Source: Chiloscyllium plagiosum
Taxonomy: Eukaryota
Assembly (NCBI RefSeq): GCF_004010195.1
Contig: NC_057746.1
Location: 18,101,666-18,165,665, forward strand
Length of the DNA stretch: 64,000 nucleotides
Reading direction: 5' to 3'
Below, one piece after another: positions 1 through 11,452 of this stretch (the first letter of the stretch is position 1; each line of letters begins with the position of its first letter). The translations under genes and the position numbers were made by a program. The notes beneath the pieces were generated by a model. That model was not told where the DNA came from. It searched no databases and was given only the letters and a program-made list of their open reading frames with translations.

Positions 1-1212
1 GTCAGATGCCATATCACTTGCCCTTCACTCCTCCCTAGAGCATCTTGACACCAAGAACAGCTAGGTAAGAATTCTACTCATTAAGTACAGTTCAGCCTTC
101 AACAGTATTATCCCTTCGAGACTGATTACTAAACTTAGTGATCTCGGACTAAGCCCACTCTCTGCAACTGGATCCTCAGTTTCCTGACCCACAGGTCATA
201 ATCAGTGAAGATTGGGGACAATATTTCATCCTCACTAACACTCAACACTGGAGCCCCCCAGTGGTGGGTACTCAGCCCCTTACTGTACTCAGCCCCCTAC
301 TGTACTCACTGTATATCCATGGCTGCATTGCAAATACCAGACTAATGCCATTTACAAGGTCACTGATGACACCACCATAGTTGGTTGAATCTCAGATGGT
401 GACAAAACAGACTACAGATGGGAGATGGAAGAGCTGGAAAAATGGTGCACTGAGAACAACCTAGCTCTCAATGCAGGAAAACCAAGGAACTCATTATTGA
501 CTATCGGTAGGATGTTACTCATGCCCCCCCCCCCCCCCTACACAATAACAGCACAAAAGTGGAACGAGTGGAGAGTGTCAAGCTCCTGGGAATGGTCATC
601 AACAACAAGCTTTCTTGGACTCTTCACGTGGACACATTGGTTACAAGAGCCCAACAATGTCTCTTCTTCCTCAGGTAGCTAAGGAAATTTGGCATGGCGG
701 CGAATACCCCTGCCAATTTTTATAGCTGTGCCATCAAGAGCATTCTGTCTGGATGTATCACCACCTGGTATGGCAACTGTACCATTCAAGATCAGAGACA
801 GTTACAGAGAGTGGTGAACTTGGCCCGGACAATCACAAAGGCCAACCTTCCATCTATAGAATCCACCCACCAGGCCCGCTGTCAAGGAAAGGCTACCAGC
901 ATTCTCAAAGATCCATCTCGCTCTGGCAATGCCTTTCTACAACCTCTACCATTAGGTGGCAGGGGGGAGGAAAGGTACAGAAGCCTAAACACACGAACCA
1001 GCTGGTTTCGAAACATTTTCTACCCTACTGTTGTTAGAATACTGAATGGACTCTTAACATTCACCTGTGTCTGTGTTTTTGTTTTTGCCACTGTTTACCT
1101 ATTATTTAAAACTATGCTACTTAACTCTGTGATCAGCCTGTATTGCTTGCAAGACAAAGCTTTTCACTGTGTCTCGGTGCACGTGACAATAAATTCATTT
1201 CAATTCAATTCA
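1..1212 (+). mobile_element. Degenerate non-LTR retrotransposon 3' part (Rex1/Babar-like RT C-terminus and 3' tail)
   Basis: Broken RT-like frames (GAP.W..LSPLLYS; degenerate ADD motif '..DDTTIVG') and C-terminal motif [22 protein letters not shown]; ends in AATAAA followed by (TTCAA)n-like tail. Confidence 0.7.
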
Positions 1213-1437
1213 ATGGGGAGTTCAGGAGAAATGTCTTGATCAAGAAATTGATGAGAATGTGGAACCCACAGTCACACAGTGTGATTGAGACAAATATATT
1301 GAACAGAAAAGTGGAGAACCTAATGATGGAGAAAGCAGCAGAGGGAGATAGTGACGGGGGAATGAAGGAGGATGGGTGTCTGCATCATGTTGGGACTGTT
1401 CACTTTCACTGAACTAAACTGAAACATAATCCCTCAC

Positions 1438-1671
1438 CTTCAGAAATTCCACACTGTCTTTTTGTTCCAACTGTTTCTCCAACGTTGAGAGTTTCTCCTG
1501 AAGAGAATTTAAATTATCTTGAATTTTACAGAGATTTTGCTCCATTGGTTTGAGAATGTTTTCCTCTTGTTCCCTGAGATCTCGGAGTAAACTCTGCTCT
1601 CTCTCAGTCAGCATCTGGTGCATTTTAGTGAACTCGGATTTGATGTGGGTCTGAAGGCTGCTGGATTCCTC
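1438..1671 (-). CDS. TRIM copy A coding exon 3 (coiled-coil); later exons (probably PRY-SPRY) would lie left of the window
   Basis: ccctgacag|GAGGAA...AAG|GTGAGG; 234 bp; EESSSLQTHIKSEFTKMHQMLTEREQSLLRDLREQEE...DSVEFLK. Confidence 0.88.
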
Positions 1672-1761
1672 CTGTCAGGGGAAATATAAACACAATATGT
1701 TTCTGCAAAAAAAAACAAATGAACAAATCGATTGTTGAAGCCAAACCCAGGGAGAGTTTAC

Positions 1762-1857
1762 CTGAATTTTGGAAATCTTCTGTTTCTGCTGCTGCTCCAT
1801 TTCTAGAGCTGCTGATTTCTTCCCTGTGAGAGAATCCAAGGAAGATTTCACCCGATC
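1762..1857 (-). CDS. TRIM copy A coding exon 2 (coiled-coil)
   Basis: cag|GATCGG...CAG|GTAAAC; 96 bp, the typical size of the second coding exon in RBCC-B30.2 TRIM genes; DRVKSSLDSLTGKKSAALEMEQQQKQKISKIQ. Confidence 0.88.
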
Positions 1858-1947
1858 CTGGGATTGGGAAAGAAAATCAAAAAATAAAAACGTTAGATCA
1901 TGAAAATATGATGAAATAATCAGGGGATGGAATGTGTTTCCTTTTAC

Positions 1948-2358
1948 CTTGTAGATTCCAACAGCTTCTTTAACCGGGATAAAGCAGTGCTCCCTGTGTT
2001 CCCAGGAATCTCTACAAATCACACAGATCAATTTCTTGTCAGTTTCACAAAACAGCTTCAGTCCTTCCTGATGTTCCTCACAGTGATGTTTACTTTCCTT
2101 CTCTTGCGGATTCACATTTAATGTTCGAGCTTTCTCGGCCAGATTTGCTAAGACCCAGCTGCCTCTGAGGGTTCTGTCCGGAAACTCCTGTCTACATTCC
2201 GGGCAGGAGTTTATCTCCTGCTTTTCCCAACTCTGGGTGATACAGGAGCGGCAGAAGTCGTGTTCACATTCCAGTGAAACCGGATCGGTGAAGAAATCCA
2301 GACAAATGGGACAAATTACCTCCTTGGTCCAACTCTCTCCCTGCTGTCTGGAAGCCAT
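1948..2358 (-). CDS. TRIM-family gene copy A, first coding exon (RING C3HC4 + B-box2)
   Basis: MASRQQ...CPICLDFFTDPVSLECEHDFCRSC...CPEC...CEEHQEGLKLFCETDKKLICVICRDSWEHREH; 411 bp, ends AAG|GTAAAA (phase 0). Confidence 0.92.
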
Positions 2359-2576
2359 GTTCGAGCACTTCCTGATTCAAACTGCTTTTAGTTTTGATGT
2401 TCTTTCCCTTCTGAACACCTCCAGACATTCGCTGCAAGACTGGGAATTAATCTTGGACATGAATTTATTTCCCACTCACTTATACACAAAAAGACTAAAC
2501 CAAGACCAGGCGCCAGGTGAAACAGAGAGTACGGAAGGATACAAATTGAATGCAGGGGAGGAAGGTAAAAGTCCAA

Positions 2577-2588
2577 GGAAGTGAAAGT
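2577..2588 (+). promoter_or_regulatory. Candidate Ets-IRF composite (PU.1/IRF8-type) element ~220 bp upstream of TRIM copy A ATG
   Basis: Exact GGAAGTGAAAGT; the paralogous position in copy B (4887-4898) reads GGAGGTGAAAGT. Confidence 0.35.
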
Positions 2589-2649
2589 CCAAGGAATGTT
2601 GACAAAGGGAGTGGCTGGAAGGCAAAGGTAAGAGGTGAATCTTTAACCC

Positions 2650-2970
2650 TGTGAGTGACAGGAATCCTCGTGTTACAGGAGATGTGATCTACCTGGACTT
2701 CAGTAAGACGTTCGACAAGGTTCCCCAAGGGAGACTGGTCAGCAAGGTTAGAACTCATGGAATACAGGGAGAAAGAGCCATTTGGATACAGAACTGGCTG
2801 AAAGGTGGAAGACAGAGAGTGGTGATGGAGGGTTGTTTTTCAGACTGGAGGCCTGTGACCAGTGGAGTGCCACAAGGACCGGTGCTGGGTCCACTTCCTT
2901 TCATCATATATATAAACGATTTGGATGTGAGCATAAGAGGTACCATTCATAAGTTTGTAGATTGGAGGTG
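2650..2970 (+). mobile_element. CR1/HER1-type LINE RT fragment truncated at the duplication junction
   Basis: [15 protein letters not shown]...WIQNWL...[23 protein letters not shown]. Confidence 0.85.
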
Positions 2971-2971
2971 G

Positions 2972-3542
2972 TACAAGAGCCCAACAATGTCTCTTCTTCC
3001 TCAGGTAGCTAAGGAAATTTGGCATGGCGGCGAATACCCCTGCCAATTTTTATAGCTGTGCCATCAAGAGCATTCTGTCTGGATGTATCACCACCTGGTA
3101 TGGCAACTGTACCATTCAAGATCAGAGACAGTTACAGAGAGTGGTGAACTTGGCCCGGACAATCACAAAGGCCAACCTTCCATCTATAGAATCCACCCAC
3201 CAGGCCCGCTGTCAAGGAAAGGCTACCAGCATTCTCAAAGATCCATCTCGCTCTGGCAATGCCTTTCTACAACCTCTACCATTAGGTGGCAGGGGGGAGG
3301 AAAGGTACAGAAGCCTAAACACACGAACCAGCTGGTTTCGAAACATTTTCTACCCTACTGTTGTTAGAATACTGAATGGACTCTTAACATTCACCTGTGT
3401 CTGTGTTTTTGTTTTTGCCACTGTTTACCTATTATTTAAAACTATGCTACTTAACTCTGTGATCAGCCTGTATTGCTTGCAAGACAAAGCTTTTCACTGT
3501 GTCTCGGTGCACGTGACAATAAATTCATTTCAATTCAATTCA
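2972..3542 (+). mobile_element. Duplicated Rex1/Babar-like LINE 3' end
   Basis: Identical by eye to 642-1212. Confidence 0.75.
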
Positions 3543-3743
3543 TTGGGGAGTTCAGGAGAAATGTCATGATCAAGAAAGTGATGAGAATGTGGAACCCACA
3601 GTCACACAGTGTGATTGAGACAAATATATTGAACAGGAAAGTGGAGAATTCCATGATGGAGAAAGCAGCAGAGAGAGATAGTGACGGGGGAATGAAGGAG
3701 GAGTCACACTTTCACTGAACTAAACTGAAACATAATCCCTCAC

Positions 3744-3977
3744 CTTCAGAAATTCCACACTGTCTTTTTGTTCCAACTGTTTGTCCAATTTTGAGAGTTT
3801 CTGTTGAAGAGTGTTTAAATTCTCTTGAATTTTACAAAGATTTTTCTCCATTGCTTTGAGAATGTTTTCCTCTTGTTCCCTGAGATCTCGGAGTAAACTC
3901 TGCTCTTTCTCAGTCAGCATCTGGTGCATTTTAGTGAACTCGGATTTGATGTGGGTCTGCAGGCTGCTGGATTCCTC
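3744..3977 (-). CDS. TRIM copy B coding exon 3; no own downstream exons before copy A
   Basis: cag|GAGGAA...AAG|GTGAGG; 234 bp open frame. Confidence 0.86.
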
Positions 3978-4069
3978 CTGTCAGGGGAAATATAAACACA
4001 ATATGTTTCTGCAAAAAAAAAACCAAATGAACAATTCAATTGTTGAAGCCAAACCCAGGGAGATTTTAC

Positions 4070-4165
4070 CTGAATTTGGGAAATCTTCTGTTCCTGCTGC
4101 CGCTCCATTTCTAGAGCCGCTGATTTCTTTTCTGTGAGAGATTCCAAAGAAGATTTCACCCGATC
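4070..4165 (-). CDS. TRIM copy B coding exon 2
   Basis: cag|GATCGG...CAG|GTAAAA; 96 bp. Confidence 0.86.
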
Positions 4166-4257
4166 CTGGGATTCCGAGAAAATTAATCAGAAAATAAAAA
4201 TGTTAGACCATGAAAATGTGATGAAATAATCAGGGGATGGAATCTGTTTCCTTTTAC

Positions 4258-4668
4258 CTTGTAGATTCCAACAGCTTCTTTAACCGGGATGAAGCGGTGC
4301 TCCCTGTGTTCCCGGGAATCTCTACAAACCAGACAGATCAATTTCTTGTCAGTTTCACAAAACAGCTTCAGTTCTTCCTGATGTTCCTCACAGTGATGAT
4401 TACTTTCCTTCTCTTGTGGATTCAGATTTAATGTTCGAGCTTTCTCGGCCAGATTTGCTAAGGCCCAGCTGCCTCTGAGGGTTCTGTCCGGAAACTCCTG
4501 TCTACATTCTGGGCAGGAGTTTATCTCCTGCTTTTCCCAACTCTGGGTGATACAGGAGCGGCAGAAGTTGTGTGCACAATCCAGTGAAACCGGATCGGTG
4601 AAGAAATCCAGACAAATGGGACAGATTACCTCCTTGGTCCAACTCTCTCCCTGCTGTCTGGAAGCCAT
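4258..4668 (-). CDS. TRIM-family gene copy B, first coding exon (RING + B-box2)
   Basis: CPICLDFFTDPVSLDCAHNFCRSC...CPEC...CEEHQEELKLFCETDKKLICLVCRDSREHREH; 411 bp; donor AAG|GTAAAA. Confidence 0.9.
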
Positions 4669-4959
4669 GTTCGAGCACTTCTTGATTCAAACTGCTTTTA
4701 GTTTTGATGTTCTTTCCCTTCTGAACACCTCCAGACATTCGCTGCAAGACTGGGAGTTAATCTTGAACATGAATTTATTTCCCACTCACTTATACATAAA
4801 AAGACCAAACCAAGACCAGGCGCCAAGTGAAACAGAGAGCACCGAAGGAGACAAATTGAATGCAGGGGAGGAAGGTAAAAGTCCAAGGAGGTGAAAGTCC
4901 AAGGAATGTTGACAAAGGGAGTGGCTGGAAGGCAAAGGGAAGAGTTGAACCTTTAACCT

Positions 4960-6150
4960 TGTGAGTGACAGGAATCCTCATGTTACAGTAGATGTGATCT
5001 ACATGGACTTCTGTAAGGCATTCGACAAGGTTCCCCATGGGAGACTGGTTAGCAAGGTTAGATCTCACGGAATACAGGGAGAAGGAGCCATTTCGATACA
5101 GAACTGGCTCAAAGGTAGAAGACAGAGAGTGGTGATGGAGGGTTGTTTTTCAGACTGGAGGCCTGTGACCAGTGGAGTGCCACAAGGACCGGTGCTGGTT
5201 CCACTTCTTTTCATCATGTATATAAATGATTTGGATGTGAGCATAAGAGGTACCATTCGTAAATTTGTAGATTGGAGGTGTAGTGGATAGTGAAGAGGGT
5301 GACCTCAGATTACTATAGGATCTTGACCAATGGGCTGAGAAGTGGCAGATAGAGTTTAATTCAGATAAATGTGAAGTGCTGCATTTTTGGAAAGCAAATC
5401 TTAGCAGGACTTATACAATTAATGGTAAGGTCCACGAGAGTGTTGCTGAACAAAGAGACCTTGGAGTGCAGATTCATAGCTCCTTGAAAGTGGAGTCTCA
5501 GGTAGATAGGATAGTGAAGAAGGTGTTTGGTATGCTTTCCTTTATTGGTCAGAGTATTGAGTACAGGAGTTGGGAGGTCATATTGCAGCTGTACAAGACA
5601 TTGATTAGGCCACTATTGGAATATTACGTGCAATTCTGGTCTCCTTCCTATCGGAAAGATGTTGTGAAACTTGAAAGGGTTCAGAAAAGATTTGCAAGGA
5701 TGTTACCAGGGTTGGAGGATTTGAGCTACAGGGAGAGGCTGAACAGGCTGGGGCTGTTTTCCCTGGAGCGTCAGAGGCTGAGAGGTGACCTTATCCAGGC
5801 TTATAAAATCATGAGGAGCACGGATAGGATAAATAGACAAAGACTTTTCCCTGGGATTGGGGAGTCCAGAATTAGAGGGCAGTAGTTTAGGGCGAGAGGG
5901 GAAAGATATAAAAGAGACCTAAGGGGCAACCTTTTCATGCAGAGGGTGGAATGAGCTGCTGGAGGATGTGTGGAGACTGGTACAATTGCAACATTTAAGA
6001 GGCATTTGGATGGGTATATGAATAGGAAGAGTTTGAAGGGATATGGGCCGGGTGCTGGCAGGAGGGACTATATTGGGTTGGGATATCTGGTCGGCATGGA
6101 CAGGTTGGACCGAAGGGTCTGTTTCCATGCTGCACATCTCTATGACTTCA
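4960..6150 (+). mobile_element. 5'-truncated CR1/HER1-type LINE (RT C-terminus + 3'UTR)
   Basis: DFCKAFDKVPH, SGVPQG, LYKTLIRPLLEYYVQFWSP, LERVQKRF, RRLRGDL-like motifs; 3' tail ggaccgaagggtctgtttccatgctg...ctctatgac. Confidence 0.88.
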
Positions 6151-6945
6151 TGTACTTCTCACTCTCAGTGACTGTGAGCTTTCCCACAGGAGTGGGTGCT
6201 GAAGATGTGCTTCACCAATTGGGACCCACAAACTGAGACAAATTGTACAATGCACAATGACCTGTCTCTTTAAATCCACAACAATGATTATTATCTGACT
6301 GGTCACTTTGTCATGGGGAATTCGTTTATATCAGCCATTAGCTGTCCGTTCATTTTCATTTCTTCCTTTGAGGTGAATGCACTGAGGCAACTTCCAAATG
6401 ATGTGGGATTGGTGAGAGGGATCCTGTGTATATTGTCACACACAGTCTCCAACAAGCTGCAACGCTGGAATGTGGAAAACCTGCCCGGGTGTGTGCTGTC
6501 CATAAAACAGAAACATGACGAATCCCATCCAGACAGTCAGCATTCACAGAGCTAGCAAGCTGCACTTACTCAGCGACATGGGAACACCACCACCTGCACG
6601 TTCCCCACCAAGTCACTCACCATCCTGACTTGGAAATTTATCCCCATTCCTTCACTGTTAATGGAGCCTTCCTTCTCTAACAACACTGTGGGTCTGACTG
6701 CAGCAGTTGTAGAAGGCAGCTCACCATGGCCTTCTCAAAGCCAGCTGAGGACAGCCAATAAATACTGGTCAGTGAGCAACACCCATGATTGATTCTATTA
6801 AAACATAACTTGCTCACTGACACTCTGTTTAGGTTCCACCAAGACCAAAGGCTGCTGACCTCATTAAAACCTTCATCTAATAAGGACAAGGGAGCTGACC
6901 TGAGAGAGGGGGAGAGCGACTGGCCCTGACAGTTTGAACAACATG

Positions 6946-7164
6946 GTAAAAACAATGGCTGCAGATGCTGGAAACCAGATTCTGGATTAGTGGTGCTGGA
7001 AGAGCACAGCAGTTCAGGCAGCATCCAAGGAGCAGTAAAATCGACATTTCGGGCAAAAGCCCTTCATCAGGAATAAAGCTTGAAGGGCTTTGCCCAAAAC
7101 GTCATTTTTACTGCTCCTTGGATGCTGCCTGAACTGCTGTGCTCTTCCAGCACCACTAATCCAG
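6946..7164. mobile_element. Penelope-like-derived fold-back mini element with 15-bp TSD
   Basis: Inverted arms ~6981-7065 / ~7081-7164; flanking direct repeat agtttgaacaacatg at 6931-6945 and 7165-7179. Confidence 0.75.
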
Positions 7165-7229
7165 AGTTTGAACAACATGTTTTTAGCAGCTGAGCAGAGA
7201 GAAGGAAACTGGATTTGTAAACAAGAACA

Positions 7230-8330
7230 CTAGAGCATCAGAACTAGGAGCAGGAGTAGGCCATTCAGCCCCTCAGGCCTGCTCTGCCGTTTGATACAAT
7301 CATGGCTGCTCTCATCTCATCCTGAGTTGAACTTTCCTGCCTGTTCCCCATAACCCTTTAACCTGTTACTCATTAAAAATCTCTCTATCTCCTCCTTAAA
7401 CTAACTCAATTTCCCACCATGCACTGTACTCTGGGATAGTGAATTCCATATATTCAAATCTTTTCAAAGAAGTAAATTTTATTCTGTTTTAAATCTGCTA
7501 CCCCTTATCATTAAACCATGACCTCTCATCTAGACCTCCCCACATGCGGAATCATCCTCTCTCTGGTTACTTTCTCAATCCCTTTTAGCATCTTAGATCT
7601 CCGCTCACTCTTCTAAACTCCCGACAGTAGAAGCCTCAGCTGCTCAGTCCCTCCTCAAAAGACAAAATCCTCATTTCTGGAATCAATCTCATGAATTTCT
7701 TCTGAACTGCCTTCAATGCAACGGTACCCCTCCTCAGGAAAGGGAACCACATTTGCACACAATACACTGGGTATGGTCTCACTAATGCCCTGTACAGTTG
7801 TGTAGTTCCCTATTTTTGTCTATTTCTTTTATAATAAATGTCAGGATTCCATTTGCCTTCCTGTTCCCTACCTTGTTAACACACACACGGCTATCCAGAT
7901 CCCTCTGCACTGAAGCACTCTGAAGCTTCTCTCCATTTTGATCATAAATTGCCTTTGTATTCTTCTGACAAAAATGGAAAACCTCATACACATCCACATT
8001 AAAGTTCATCTGTCAAATTTTGGCCCATTCACCTTATCTAACCGTATCCATTTGCTGATTTCTTATTTCTTCGTTGCAACCTAATTTCGTGCCATCTGTA
8101 AATTGTGGCTCTAGTTCCTTCCATCCCTGTATCTGGACAATTAATGTAGATTATAAATAGTTGGGGCCTATGGGACTTCATGAGTTACATCTTGCTAACC
8201 AGAAAAAGTTCCATTCATCCCATCTCTCTGCTTTCAGTTCATGCGCTGATCCTCTATCCAAGCTAATAAATTACCCCAAACCCCATGTTAATCTGCAGCA
8301 TCTGCAGTTCTCACCTTATCCCATGTTCAT
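7230..8330 (-). mobile_element. Old degenerate CR1-clade LINE fragment
   Basis: Begins with the reverse CR1 tail (ggagcaggagtaggccattcagcccc); remnants such as HFCQKN...QRDL and KANGIL in the minus-strand ORF. Confidence 0.6.
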
Positions 8331-9305
8331 CTTATCTTGTAAACTGAAACATTGTCTCTGTCAAACTCAAAGTTAGTGCCCAGTGAAAACAGTGAAAACA
8401 AGAACTCCAGCAAACCTTTCTATCGCTGAACAAACCAGATAACAGCGTAACACCCAGGATTCAGGTAATTCTCACAACTCAAAGACTTCAAACTTTCATT
8501 TCCTGTCTGGGTGAGACACCCTGTCTGTTCTACTTAAGTTATTGCCTGTGTTTTTGCTTGATGATGCATCTTTATATTTTTTCAGGGAAGTAGGTTTTTT
8601 TCACTCAAGAAAACCTTATAATTTGACTCCATCCTTTTGACTGAATTAAGTACATTTGAATTGAAGTTTGTAGCTGTGAACCAAAGCAGGAAATGAAGAT
8701 ATTTATTGTGATGGGTGAAGAGGGATTGGAAAGCGAGGACCTGATATGTGAATATAAGAACATAAGAAACAGGAGAGTTAATAGGCCATTCAGCCCCTCA
8801 GGTCTGCCCTGCCATTCAACAGGATCATGGGTAATCTGCCCCAGATCTCAGCTCCATTTTGGTGCCAGCTCATCACAGCCATTAACTCCCAGATATTTCA
8901 AAATCTCTCAACCTCCACTTCAAATCCTTTTGGTGATGGACCCTCCACAACTCTCAGTATTACATTAATATTTGATGTCTCTTGTTCCAAATGCAACACT
9001 TTAAACTGATATTATCTCTCTTTTTTTTCTCCCTTTCATATTTAAATCTTGTTTTCTCTTTTCCATTTATGTCTTTTCAATTAATTCCTGCCTTTTCAGC
9101 GAGCAAATAGAACCAGTCTGACTCAAGATTGGAATACATACAGACTCTAACCTCACACCTTTAATGCACTGTCTGAGCAGAGAGGTCACCATTTTCTTTA
9201 TAAAATATTAATTTATCTCAGGAATGTGACTTATAGAGTCATTGAGATCTACAGCACAGAAACAGACAGTTCGGCCCAACTCATCCATGCTGACCTGTTA
9301 TCCCA

Positions 9306-9805
9306 NNNNNNNNNNNNNNNNNNNNNNNNNNNNNNNNNNNNNNNNNNNNNNNNNNNNNNNNNNNNNNNNNNNNNNNNNNNNNNNNNNNNNNNNNNNNNNN
9401 NNNNNNNNNNNNNNNNNNNNNNNNNNNNNNNNNNNNNNNNNNNNNNNNNNNNNNNNNNNNNNNNNNNNNNNNNNNNNNNNNNNNNNNNNNNNNNNNNNNN
9501 NNNNNNNNNNNNNNNNNNNNNNNNNNNNNNNNNNNNNNNNNNNNNNNNNNNNNNNNNNNNNNNNNNNNNNNNNNNNNNNNNNNNNNNNNNNNNNNNNNNN
9601 NNNNNNNNNNNNNNNNNNNNNNNNNNNNNNNNNNNNNNNNNNNNNNNNNNNNNNNNNNNNNNNNNNNNNNNNNNNNNNNNNNNNNNNNNNNNNNNNNNNN
9701 NNNNNNNNNNNNNNNNNNNNNNNNNNNNNNNNNNNNNNNNNNNNNNNNNNNNNNNNNNNNNNNNNNNNNNNNNNNNNNNNNNNNNNNNNNNNNNNNNNNN
9801 NNNNN
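9306..9805. other. Assembly gap, exactly 500 N (placeholder of unknown true size)
   Basis: Run of N. Confidence 0.97.
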
Positions 9806-11452
9806 AAATATTCTGGGGGGTTGGGGGGGGGTGGGATGTGGGGAACCATAGATTTAAAGTAAGAGAGGAAAAGTTTAAAGGAGATGTGTGAGGTACTCAG
9901 ACAATAGTAAGGATGTGCTGGCAGGGGAGGAGATAGAAGCAGATACGATAGTAAAGATGAAGAGGCATTTAGACAGACACATGAACAGACAGGGAACAGA
10001 GGGATATGGCTCATGTGCAGGTGGTTGGGATTAATTCAGATGAGCATCATGGAGGACATAGACTTGGTGGGCCGAAGGGCCTGACCCCGTTCTGCGCTCT
10101 GTATTTCCATTCGGTACATTGACCTGCACAGATATCACATTGAGCTCCTGGCATTCTCTGACGAGGGCTCATTTTCAAGACATGGACAGAATTGGACACT
10201 GTCTGATGGTAACCTTCACTCAAACCAAGCATCCACCCAAGTCCATGATATCCCCATTTGATCCATTGGGTGATATTTATCCTCAAAATTCCCACTGTGT
10301 ACCAATTCAAAGCTGTGGGTCTGCTAACTCTTACTCAACTGTGACCACTTACGCAATTTTATCATGTGGAGCCCAGGACCGTTCAAAATCAACTTTCTGA
10401 TTGATCTCATCCTCTCTGTTTGTGCACTGAAGGAGGCCATTTGGCCCATCGTGCATCTACTGACTGTGCATATATTGAGTTCTAGATGCACTGAGTGCCA
10501 AAATATATCCTGAAATCCTCTCTAAACCTCTGGTTCTTACCTGAAAACCATACCCACCTCCCCAATCAATCATATCTATGTCTCTCTTGAGCTTGTATAC
10601 CTCAGCCAGGTCCGCACTCAGCCTTCTCTGCTCTCAGGAAAACAATTCAATCCTCTTCATGGATGAACCATTCCAACACAGGCAACATCTTCGTGAATCT
10701 CCTCTGTCCCCTCTCCAGTGTAATTACATCCTCCTTCTGTGGTGACCAGAACGGAACACAATATCCCAGCTGTGGCCTAAATAACATCTTGTACAGCTCC
10801 AACTATTCCATTCTCTTACCCCCAGTGCTTTGCTGAGTTTCATCTTCAGACAATGCCCCAAGTCTCGTTTGAATCCCCCCATTAATCCTGCCTCCACCCC
10901 ATTCTTAGGTGCTGCATTCCTGTTCCCTAAACATTCATTGCATGAGGAATGTATTCCACACGCTGCCTTCGTTTTTTTCACCAATCGCTTTCAATCGGAC
11001 CCTGCTGATCCTGATTCTTCTGCCAATGCAGAAGATTTTCCCAATTGACTCTGTCTATTGCCCTCATGATTTAAAAACACTTCACACAAAAAAAATTCTC
11101 TTCTCAGCCGTTTCTTCCTTGGACAGTTTCTGTTTCTCCGATCTACGTCACTGAATTTCCTGATCGCAGGATTTTGACTCATATCTACACCCTCCCTAAT
11201 GCCTTCTCATTCTTCTTGAGATGTGGTGCCTAAATTTGAGCAAAACACTCTATTTAACTCCCATGCTGCAAGCCTGTGGCAGGGCTCTGACCATTCCATT
11301 TTGCTCTTTCCTCAGAAATACTCCGAGCTGAACAGACTGCAGGAGTTTGGTGGCTGCTGAGACTTAACCTTACATTGAATCCTTCAATAAATCTGGGAGG
11401 CAAGATAGGTGAATGCAGCTGTCAAGCAATACGGAAATATACAATGCCTTAT

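Larger units (their letters stand above)
642..5280. repeat. Tandem segmental duplication, unit ~2.33 kb (642-2971 and 2972-~5280)
   Basis: tacaagagcccaacaatg at 642 recurs at 2972 (offset 2330); both units carry LINE tail, TRIM exons 3-2-1, upstream region and CR1 fragment. Confidence 0.95.

Noticed and set aside
694-1239. 181-aa ORF duplicated at 3024-3569 as a novel gene
   Set aside because: Remnant of a LINE RT C-terminus with upstream stops and frameshifts.
6303-6565. Overlapping short ORFs in unique sequence upstream of TRIM copy B
   Set aside because: No recognisable domain or convincing splice pair; may be UTR or intron.
9226-10014. Long ORFs spanning N-runs (also 19241-20287, 34861-36039 and most frames at 42408-43272)
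   Set aside because: Artefacts of translating gaps; only 42513-42674 is real coding sequence.
10353-10415. Possible C4 exon 6 (minus strand, cag...GC|GTAAGT, open frame EDEINQKVDFERSWAPHDKI)
   Set aside because: Weak acceptor, wrong size and end phase, no similarity to the expected G.W.I...FEV motif.
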